This document shows positions 56,157 through 64,000 of a DNA stretch of 64,000 nt, piece by piece. The DNA is taken from positions 118,506 to 182,505 of the forward strand of contig CAZVZU010000003.1 of assembly GCA_964631685.1 (NCBI GenBank). The letters run 5' to 3'. The stretch is from an uncultured Actinomycetes bacterium. GTDB taxonomy: Bacteria; SZUA-79; Acidulodesulfobacterales; Acidulodesulfobacteraceae. Both the position numbers and the translations under genes were made by a program. Every line of letters begins with the position of its first letter. Within the stretch, counting starts at the first letter, position 1. The notes below the pieces were generated by a model. The model worked only from the letters and a program-made list of their open reading frames with translations, searched no databases and had not been told where the DNA came from.

Positions 56157-57293
56157 ATGCAGGCAAATCAAACAAAAAAAGATCAATTTATTGGATTTAA
56201 GATTTCAGGTAGCGCTAAAATATTATTACCTATTCTATTTGTGATTGTTTTGATCTCTGTTTTATCTCTCAGCGCTTGCGGGGAAAAGACGGTTAATCCT
56301 GTAGTGAATGTACGCGTGACCATTAGTAAGGTTAAAATTATAAGTGCGACGATTTATTTGAAAGAACCGGGTTATTTTTTGCCTTATAAGACTGCAAGTA
56401 TTGCATCAAGATCGGCAGGACAGATTGTTGAAATTATTGCTCGCGATGGTGATTTTGTGAAGGCCGGACAGGTACTGGCAGTCATAGATAGAAAAAAAGC
56501 CTATTTTGCAATGGAGCTCCAAAAAGATATATTAGCAAGAGATAAAGCTGCTTATGCCCTTACTAAATCGACGCTAAAAAGAGATGCAATATTATTTAAA
56601 AAGCGGCTATTGACTGCCCTTAATTACGACAGGGCTGTTTCTATTGTCAGGCAGGCTAAGGGATCTTATAATGCGGCGTTGTCGCTTCTAAATATAGATC
56701 GAAAGAATTACGAGGACACGCTAATAACTACCTTAATTAGCGGCATAGTATACAAAAGACGTATTAATCTTGGAGATTATGTCGTCCCGGGCGAATTGTC
56801 GTACAACATAGTTGCACTGAGGCCATTAGAATTTAAATTTTATATCCCGCAAAGTTATATTCCGTTTATAAACAAAGGTGAAGCTTGTTTTGTAACTATA
56901 AAGGGTTATCCCCGTAAAGTCTTTTCCGGAAATATTTATTTTATAAGCCCTTCATTAAATCCTCAAACAAGGATGGTAGAGATCAAAGCCCTTTTTCTAA
57001 ATAGCAGGGAACGGATAAGGCCACAGTATTTTGGTCGGGTTAAATTTTCAATAGGATTTGTACGGAATGGGTTTTTTGTGCCGGAGCCATCCGTCGTAAT
57101 TACGCTGAAAGGAGACTATCTATTTGTTTATAAAAACGGAGTCGTAAAACGAAGGGCTGTATCCGTGGGTATTAATAAGGACGGGTATTTGCAAATTACA
57201 AAGGGTATAAGCAAGAATGATATTGTTGTGGTCAGGGGTTCAAACTTAGTGCACGACAACGAACATGTTGTTATAGTAAAGAGGGCTATATGA
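56157..57293 (+). CDS. RND efflux periplasmic adaptor (MFP), probable lipoprotein
   Basis: LSAC lipobox, lipoyl motifs DGDFVKAGQVL and GDYVVPG, P..NPQTR. Confidence 0.92.
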   Translation: MQANQTKKDQFIGFKISGSAKILLPILFVIVLISVLSLSACGEKTVNPVVNVRVTISKVKIISATIYLKEPGYFLPYKTASIASRSAGQIVEIIARDGDFVKAGQVLAVIDRKKAYFAMELQKDILARDKAAYALTKSTLKRDAILFKKRLLTALNYDRAVSIVRQAKGSYNAALSLLNIDRKNYEDTLITTLISGIVYKRRINLGDYVVPGELSYNIVALRPLEFKFYIPQSYIPFINKGEACFVTIKGYPRKVFSGNIYFISPSLNPQTRMVEIKALFLNSRERIRPQYFGRVKFSIGFVRNGFFVPEPSVVITLKGDYLFVYKNGVVKRRAVSVGINKDGYLQITKGISKNDIVVVRGSNLVHDNEHVVIVKRAI

Positions 57294-60200
57294 AAATATC
57301 TGATATTTCCATTAAACGGCCTGTTTTTGCGGTAATGATGGTTGGAATTTTTGTTGTTTTGGGTATGTTCGGGTATTTTGCTCTTGCCGTAAATCTTTAT
57401 CCAAATATTCAGTTTCCAATAATAACCATCACAACGACCTTACCCGGCGCAAGTCCGAAAGAAATGGAGCTCGATGTTACTAAAAAGATAGAAGATGCTG
57501 TGAATTCAGCCTCTGGTATAAAGCATATAATGTCCACTAGTAGCGTTGGAACAAGTGTCGTAATTGTGGAGTTTCACCTTAATCAGAATATTGCCCATCG
57601 TTATCAAACCGTTATTGCGGATGTGGATGCTATATTAGACAAACTTCCTAAGAATATCAATACGCCCGTCATCAAAAAGCTAAATATTAATTCTTCTCCT
57701 ATTATGTGGATAGCTTTATCGGGTAATAGGTCTAAGAGATTTTTGTCGTTTTATGCTCAAAAGGTTCTTAAAAGAAAATTCGAAAGGCTTCCGGGCGTTG
57801 GCCAGATTATTGTCAGTGGAGCCAGAAGCAGAAGAATGATCTTTTATGTAAATAATAACGAGATGATATCCCACGGTCTTGGTGTTAATCAGATTATTAA
57901 CGCAATTAAGTCTCAAAGCGTTTCGCTGCCTACAGGGAATTTAAAAACGGATACTAAGACATATTTTATGTATCTTAAGGGTAGACTTCATACTGCGAAG
58001 GCATTCAACCGGATGATAATTAGTAATTATCAGGGAGCGCCCATTAGATTTTCACAGATAGGGCATGCCGTAAATTCCGAAGCTCCAGAAACCTCAATTA
58101 CGACCTTTGACGGTAAGCCGACCGTTGGGTTGGGACTTACAATAAAAACTCACGCTAATGCCGTAAAGGTTGCTGCCGAGGCAATAGATCTTTTGAATCT
58201 AATAAGACCGTCTTTGCCGCAGGGAATTAAGGCGCATGTGGCATATAATAGCGCTACCTATATAAAAAAATCTATATCTAATGTTGAGTTTGATATAATT
58301 TGGGGAGCTTTCTTGACCGTGCTTGTAATATTTTTCTTTTTGAAAGATACGAGAACTACTATTATAGCCGCAACCGCTTTGCCTGCTGCAATCATTTCAT
58401 CTTTCGGTTTCTTGCATCTCATGAATTTTTCTCTTAACAATATGACCATGCTGGCCCTATCTTTGTCGGTAGGTCTTTTAATAGATGATGCCATTGTTGT
58501 TCTCGAAAACATATATAGGCATGTCGAAGGTGGAGAGGATAGGCTGTCCGCTTCGTCTAATTCTATGAATGAGATAGGCATTGCAGTAATGGCAACTACG
58601 TTTTCCATAGTCGCAGTTTTTGTTCCGGTTGCGTTTATGCCGGGCATGATAGGAAGATTTTTTTATGAATTCGGTTTGACTGTTGCTTTTGCAGTTTTGG
58701 TTTCATTGTTTGTTTCTTTTACGCTTACGCCAATGTTGTCGTCTCGGTTTATTATTCATAAAAAAGAACACGGTTATTTATTTATGCTTCTTGAAAATTT
58801 CATGAAGAAAATAACTGATATCTACAGAATAATGATCGACTGGAGCTTGAAGCATAGATTGATAGTTATTTTGTCGGCGTTGTTTGTATTTATTTTTTCG
58901 TTATATTTAGCACAGTATGTTGGAAAAGAGATGATGCCGCCGTCAAATTCGGGGAATTTTCTTGTTTATTTTCAGGCTCCGGAGGGTACAAGTGTAAGTG
59001 TTATGAAGAAATATTCAAATAATTTATATAAAATAGTCAAAAATATCCCGTTTGAAAAGTCTATTTTTATGGCTACGGGGGCAGGTGTCGATGCTTCAAG
59101 GCATAAAGGATTATTTTTTATCTCTTTGAAAAACAACAGAAACTTGAGCCAGCAAAGGGTAATGGATATTGTTAGAAGAAGAATATCCATTGTTCCGGGT
59201 GTTACTACGCAAGTTATGGACATGCCGATAGTCGGCGGGGCATCTTCTAATGTTTCTCCTCTTCAGGTTATTATAATGGGTCCAAGTATTGAGAAAACCG
59301 TAGCCTATGCTAATAAGCTTTTAAGCGATATGAAGCATACGTCCGGACTTGTTGACGTGACATCTAATATGCAGTTTCGTCAGCCCGAGCTTTTAATTCA
59401 TGTGAATAGGAATATTGCAGGGAGTCTCGGGGTAAGCGTCTCTTCTATTGCGCAAACTTTGGGCGTGCTTATAGGTGGCAATATAAACATATTTAAAAAT
59501 TATAATTTTTTATATAAAGGACATATCTATAATCAACAATTAAGACTTTTTAAAAATGAAAGGAACCATATAGGGGATATAAAAAATCTTTATGTTTCCA
59601 ATGACAGGGGTGTTCTAATTCCATTATCCGATTTAGTAACCGTCAAAAAGACGATCGGACCTCAGGTTATCAACAGAAGAGATCTTGGTAATTCGGTTAC
59701 GATTTATGCCAACATGTCTAATCATGTTCCGTTGAGTTATGGGGTTAAAAGGGTCAGAGCATATATGTCCCGTATTATACCGAAAAAATCGTTATATTCA
59801 TACCAATTTAGTGGGTTAGCTTCGAAAATGAATCAATCGTTTAGCGCTATGGGTTCGACATTGCTACTAGCATTAATTATAATATATATGATCCTTGCTT
59901 CTTTATATGATAGCTTTATAGATCCATTGGTTATCATGGTTTCTGTTCCGTTTGCGCTGATTGGTGCGATAGGAGCACTACTGTTAACGCATAAGGCGCT
60001 GAGCGTGATTGCGCTCATAGGCGTTATCTTGCTAATAGGTCTTGTTATAAAAAATGCCATACTGTTAGTAGATTTTATAATATTATCGAGAGAAAAGGGT
60101 CTGAGCGAACATGACTCTATTATTGAGGCGGGAAGCATAAGACTTAGGCCCATCTTAATGACTACGCTTGCGATGATTTTTGGCATGCTTCCCATAGCTA

Positions 60201-60361
60201 CCGGTCTTGGTATCGGGTCTTCCTCCAGAGCGCCTATGGCAATAGATGTTATAGGCGGACTTTTAACCTCCATGTTTCTTACTTTACTTGTGATTCCCGT
60301 TTTATATTCATACGTTGATAATCTTAAGGGATTTTCAAGAAGGATATTTCTAAAAGGATAA
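57290..60361 (+). CDS. AcrB/AcrD/AcrF family RND permease
   Basis: SIKRPVFA, GLLIDDAIVVLENI, KNAILLVDF, RLRPILMTT. Confidence 0.96.
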   Translation: MKISDISIKRPVFAVMMVGIFVVLGMFGYFALAVNLYPNIQFPIITITTTLPGASPKEMELDVTKKIEDAVNSASGIKHIMSTSSVGTSVVIVEFHLNQNIAHRYQTVIADVDAILDKLPKNINTPVIKKLNINSSPIMWIALSGNRSKRFLSFYAQKVLKRKFERLPGVGQIIVSGARSRRMIFYVNNNEMISHGLGVNQIINAIKSQSVSLPTGNLKTDTKTYFMYLKGRLHTAKAFNRMIISNYQGAPIRFSQIGHAVNSEAPETSITTFDGKPTVGLGLTIKTHANAVKVAAEAIDLLNLIRPSLPQGIKAHVAYNSATYIKKSISNVEFDIIWGAFLTVLVIFFFLKDTRTTIIAATALPAAIISSFGFLHLMNFSLNNMTMLALSLSVGLLIDDAIVVLENIYRHVEGGEDRLSASSNSMNEIGIAVMATTFSIVAVFVPVAFMPGMIGRFFYEFGLTVAFAVLVSLFVSFTLTPMLSSRFIIHKKEHGYLFMLLENFMKKITDIYRIMIDWSLKHRLIVILSALFVFIFSLYLAQYVGKEMMPPSNSGNFLVYFQAPEGTSVSVMKKYSNNLYKIVKNIPFEKSIFMATGAGVDASRHKGLFFISLKNNRNLSQQRVMDIVRRRISIVPGVTTQVMDMPIVGGASSNVSPLQVIIMGPSIEKTVAYANKLLSDMKHTSGLVDVTSNMQFRQPELLIHVNRNIAGSLGVSVSSIAQTLGVLIGGNINIFKNYNFLYKGHIYNQQLRLFKNERNHIGDIKNLYVSNDRGVLIPLSDLVTVKKTIGPQVINRRDLGNSVTIYANMSNHVPLSYGVKRVRAYMSRIIPKKSLYSYQFSGLASKMNQSFSAMGSTLLLALIIIYMILASLYDSFIDPLVIMVSVPFALIGAIGALLLTHKALSVIALIGVILLIGLVIKNAILLVDFIILSREKGLSEHDSIIEAGSIRLRPILMTTLAMIFGMLPIATGLGIGSSSRAPMAIDVIGGLLTSMFLTLLVIPVLYSYVDNLKGFSRRIFLKG

Positions 60362-60395
60362 AATTTTTCCTAATCTTTTTAATAAATAATGAGAA

Positions 60396-61943
60396 ATGTT
60401 AGAAATATCGCATAAATACTATAAGTGGATAATTCTTGCGCTTGTAGTCTTATCTACTTTTATGGCAATACTCGATGTTAATGTCGTAACGGTGGGACTT
60501 CCCAAGATGATGTCCTATTTCAGCGTTAACGTTACGGATATTGAATGGGTAATGATTGCCTATACCATAGCTTATTCCATAGTTATACTTCCGGTAGCTT
60601 ATTTTAGAAAAAAATATGGAATAAAATATCCCTTTATAATATCTATCATTATTTTTGTAATAGGATCCATTTTATGCGGACTTGCACCATCTTACCCCGA
60701 CCTTATCATGTTCCGTATTTTACAAGCTATCGGTGGCGCAGGACTCACTCCTATAGGCTTAACTTTGCTTGCGGAGGTTTTTCCGCCGAATGAAAGGGGC
60801 GGGGCAATGGGTATTTGGTCTATAGGTGCAATGATGGCTCCCGCACTAGGTCCCACTCTTGGGGGTTACCTTATAGATTATGTAAATTGGAGATGGATAT
60901 TTTACATAAATGTTCCAATAGGAATTATTTCCATAGTAGGTTCAATTTTGATTTTACCGCACGATATTCCGATAAAAAAGTATTTAAAGAAATTCGATGC
61001 ACTAGGTTTTTTATTCATGGCCTTATCTTTAGGCTTTCTATTATATGCTCTGAATAAAGGACAGGCTATTGGATGGCATGCACCTATTATAATCCAATCA
61101 GAGGTTATAAGTGGGTTTTCATTTGTTTTTTTTATCGTTACCGAATTGTTTACAGATGTGCCACTCCTTAATTTGGCGATATTTAAAAATTACAATTTTG
61201 TTATATCTATCGTAGTTAATATGATAAAGGCCGTAGGAATTTTTAGCGCTATGTTTTTGTTGCCACTTTTCTTAGAGAATGTGCTTGGTTACAATGCAAT
61301 GTATTCCGGGATCTTAATGGCTCCCGCTGCTCTTGCAGTGGCTGTTGTTTCTCCATTTTCCGGCAAAATATCCGATAAGATAGGTCCGAGGTATCCGATG
61401 TTTTTAGGGTTACTAATCACTGCGGCGTCTATGTTTATGTTTGACAATCTTTCACTAAGGACTAGCGTTTACTATATAGTGGTGAATCAACTGATAAGGG
61501 GAGTTGGCATAGGTTTATTAAACCCACCTATTATAAGTACTGCGTTGAATTCCGTAAAAAAGGAGTTGATCCCAGAGGCTTCCGGTTTAATACCTGTGGC
61601 CCTCCAAATAGGGGCATCTTTTGGCATAGCCTATGTAGGTAGCGAACTTGTTGTTAGACAGGCTTATCATCTAAATCAATATGCGAGAAATATCCGATAT
61701 AATTTTTATACTTATCACAATATAATAAATTATATAAATGGGAATTTAATACACAAAGCCCCTGCATATTTTAGACCGGGAACGATATATCCTAATCCGT
61801 CCCTAAGCTTTTTCGATTATATCATACGAATGCTTTCTTCCGTTGCCTCTTACGGTGATTTATTTGCAATTTTGGGATACATAACCTTAGTTGCTTCCGT
61901 TGCCGCATTGTTTATCAAAAATAAAATGCCGATAAATAAATAA
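60396..61943 (+). CDS. DHA2 (EmrB/QacA) MFS efflux permease
   Basis: FMAILDVNVV, RILQAIGG, FPPNERG, WRWIFYINVPIG. Confidence 0.95.
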   Translation: MLEISHKYYKWIILALVVLSTFMAILDVNVVTVGLPKMMSYFSVNVTDIEWVMIAYTIAYSIVILPVAYFRKKYGIKYPFIISIIIFVIGSILCGLAPSYPDLIMFRILQAIGGAGLTPIGLTLLAEVFPPNERGGAMGIWSIGAMMAPALGPTLGGYLIDYVNWRWIFYINVPIGIISIVGSILILPHDIPIKKYLKKFDALGFLFMALSLGFLLYALNKGQAIGWHAPIIIQSEVISGFSFVFFIVTELFTDVPLLNLAIFKNYNFVISIVVNMIKAVGIFSAMFLLPLFLENVLGYNAMYSGILMAPAALAVAVVSPFSGKISDKIGPRYPMFLGLLITAASMFMFDNLSLRTSVYYIVVNQLIRGVGIGLLNPPIISTALNSVKKELIPEASGLIPVALQIGASFGIAYVGSELVVRQAYHLNQYARNIRYNFYTYHNIINYINGNLIHKAPAYFRPGTIYPNPSLSFFDYIIRMLSSVASYGDLFAILGYITLVASVAALFIKNKMPINK

Positions 61944-61984
61944 TAGGTATTTATCGTATCGCACAAATGTGGTAGTATTAAGGC

Positions 61985-63352
61985 ATGAACGAGAATATGA
62001 TAAGTGGTAATTTGGTTCTTACCGTATCTGAGTTGTCCCGTCTTCTAAAGAAAACCATAGAAGGAAGTTTTTATAGTATAAGGGTGAGGGGGGAGATTTC
62101 GGGTTTAAAAACCAACTATTCATCCGGTATTTATTTCGACTTAAAAGACGAATATGCAAAATTAAAATGTATAATTTTTAGAAATGATGCTAAAAAAATA
62201 CAGTTTGATATCAAAGAAGGGTTATCTATCACTGCTTATGGTCGTATAGGATTATACGAACCAAGAGGTGAGTATAGTCTTATAGTATCAAGTGTTGAGC
62301 CTGCAGGATATGGCGAACTTTATCTATTGTTCGAGCAGTTGAAAGAAAAACTTAAAAATGAGGGATTGTTCGATGATGTTTCCAAGAAAGATATACCTTT
62401 TTTACCGAAGAATATAGGAATAGTGACATCGCGAAGCGGTGCCGTTTTACATGATATGGTAAAAATTATAAAATCTAGATTTGAGAATGTTTCCATAATA
62501 TTTGTGAATGCAAGGGTTCAGGGCAAAAACAGCTCTGCAGAATTGGCCGCTGCAATAGAATTATTAAATATTTACAGTCGAACAAGAAAAAAGATAGATG
62601 TGATAATAGTGGGCAGGGGTGGCGGAAGCATTGAGGATTTATGGGCATTTAACGAGGAGATTACGGCACGGGCTATTTTTAATTCGACAGTTCCCGTGAT
62701 AAGCGCGATCGGTCATGAAACCGACTTTACCATCGCCGATTTTGTTGCGGACATGCGCGCTTCGACTCCGTCTAATGCTGCGGAAATGGCTGTTCCCGTC
62801 AAGTTCGATCTTGTAAGGCAGGTTAGAGCATTTAGAAGCAGAATAGAGCAGGGTGTTTTTAATGTTGTTTTGGGCAAAAAGGATTACATGCTGAATTTGA
62901 TTAAAAATATGGAAATGGTTTCTCCTAAAAGAATAATCCAAGATAAGATGTTCAGAATTCATGATATAACAGACAAACTACAAACAAATATTGATTCGCG
63001 TATCCATTTATCAAAAACAAATGTTGTTCATCTTGGCAAAAGACTTTTATTGAAAAATCCTTCGTCTATTTTTAATGAGAACAAGGCTCATATACAAGAT
63101 TTATCAAAAAGACTTAAAAAAGGTATAGATATAACGATATCAAGACATATAGATAGGTTAAAAACAGAAAGCAAAGCATTGAATTCACTTAGCCCTTTTG
63201 ATGTGCTAAAGAGGGGATACGGTATAATTTTTACGGATAAAAATGATGTCATATCCTCCGTTTTGGGTGTTGAGGAAGATGATAATATAAGAATAAAACT
63301 ATACGACGGGACGTTAAGGGCGACGGTTAAGGGCGACGAGGCAGAGGCTTAG
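61985..63352 (+). CDS. xseA: Exodeoxyribonuclease VII large subunit
   Basis: VRGEISG, YFDLKD, RGGGSIEDLWAFN, IGHETD, RASTPSNAAE, LKRGY. Confidence 0.97.
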   Translation: MNENMISGNLVLTVSELSRLLKKTIEGSFYSIRVRGEISGLKTNYSSGIYFDLKDEYAKLKCIIFRNDAKKIQFDIKEGLSITAYGRIGLYEPRGEYSLIVSSVEPAGYGELYLLFEQLKEKLKNEGLFDDVSKKDIPFLPKNIGIVTSRSGAVLHDMVKIIKSRFENVSIIFVNARVQGKNSSAELAAAIELLNIYSRTRKKIDVIIVGRGGGSIEDLWAFNEEITARAIFNSTVPVISAIGHETDFTIADFVADMRASTPSNAAEMAVPVKFDLVRQVRAFRSRIEQGVFNVVLGKKDYMLNLIKNMEMVSPKRIIQDKMFRIHDITDKLQTNIDSRIHLSKTNVVHLGKRLLLKNPSSIFNENKAHIQDLSKRLKKGIDITISRHIDRLKTESKALNSLSPFDVLKRGYGIIFTDKNDVISSVLGVEEDDNIRIKLYDGTLRATVKGDEAEA

Positions 63353-64000
63353 ACCTCTTCTTTATTATATGTATTGCAGACTTCTTTAGGGATATGAAAA
63401 CTGTTTTTCCTTCATGGAGGTTCATGACCTCATAGGCATGAAATGGTATTAAAACCTTAAATTCTAAATCATCTTCAGGTATAATAGATATTTCCATCAT
63501 ACGAGAGGTGAAAATGGCAGATTCAATCGTACCGGAAAAGTGATTTTCTCTTACTGATTTTGAAGCTTGTTTATCCTCTCTTAGTATGATTATCTCTTCC
63601 GGTCTTATCACAAAAAAAACATGCTCGTTTATCTCAAAATTTCCTTGAAAATCAGCTTCGATATAGCTTTGTCCGTGTTTTATGTATGGTAGCGTAATTT
63701 TAATTAAGTTATTTTTTTCATTTATCTCAGAAATAATGCCATCAAATATGTTTTCGGTTCCAAGAAGAGAAGCAGTATCCATAGAAGACGGTTTTTTTAA
63801 AACATCCTTGGGGCGTCCGAAATCTTGGATCTTACCGTTATTCAAAATAAACATTTTATTTGAAAGATTTAAGATATCTTCTATATCATGGGTTACAAGT
63901 AGCATGGAAATCTTAAGTTCATTATTTATTTCTTTGATTAGTTTTCTTACCTTAATTTTTGAAATAATATCAAGATTTGAAAACGGTTCATCCATAAGTA
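63327..64000 (-). CDS. ABC transporter ATP-binding subunit with TOBE-type C-terminus (ModC/WtpC/CysA-like), 5'-partial
   Basis: Begins at Walker B LMDEPFSNLD; H-loop VTHD; IRPEEI and a TOBE-like tail; the frame runs off the window end. Confidence 0.85.
   Translation of the reverse strand, partial: LMDEPFSNLDIISKIKVRKLIKEINNELKISMLLVTHDIEDILNLSNKMFILNNGKIQDFGRPKDVLKKPSSMDTASLLGTENIFDGIISEINEKNNLIKITLPYIKHGQSYIEADFQGNFEINEHVFFVIRPEEIIILREDKQASKSVRENHFSGTIESAIFTSRMMEISIIPEDDLEFKVLIPFHAYEVMNLHEGKTVFISLKKSAIHIIKKRSKPLPRRP

Noticed and set aside
1019..62962. Dozens of 60-150 aa ORFs antisense to, or out of frame within, long genes (e.g. 2316..2612, 14563..14883, 25466..25912, 46606..47016, 59833..60273)
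   Set aside because: They lie inside or almost wholly overlap confidently identified genes and have no motifs; shadow ORFs.
1..64000. CRISPR array, rRNA, transposase, integrase or prophage
   Set aside because: No repeat-spacer periodicity, no long non-coding stretch and no recombinase or phage motifs seen.

Overview
AT-rich bacterial chromosome segment (roughly 35% GC by eye). The backbone is deltaproteobacteria-like: rnr, ubiB, ribF, tlyA-dxs-ispA-xseB, aroE-pilBTCSR, truA, rimP-nusA-infB-rbfA-nrnA-truB-rpsO-pnp, a TetR-RND-MFS efflux cluster, xseA and two tRNA-Leu genes. Gene content and very basic exported proteins suggest an acidophile; Ca. Acidulodesulfobacterales is my unverified guess. 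The first 16 kb is an accessory sulfur/metal redox region with three parts. (i) A TspSR-like sigma54 two-component system, with a visible activator palindrome and -24/-12 promoter, drives an atypical sox operon: soxY-soxZ-DUF302-soxB-dsrE-'half-SoxA' cytochrome-dsrE, with no soxX or soxCD in the window. (ii) A Cyc2-type cytochrome-porin is preceded by a signal-CxxC-...-FHPPK leader ORF whose His-Pro-Pro codons base-pair with the cyc2 Shine-Dalgarno. This is a candidate metal-sensing ribosome-arrest switch and the most novel element I found. (iii) A porin under PHO-box-like repeats, a TauE exporter and hicAB lie next to a tRNA-Leu. No CRISPR array, rRNA, transposase or integrase was seen. All calls are from motif recognition; no searches were run.
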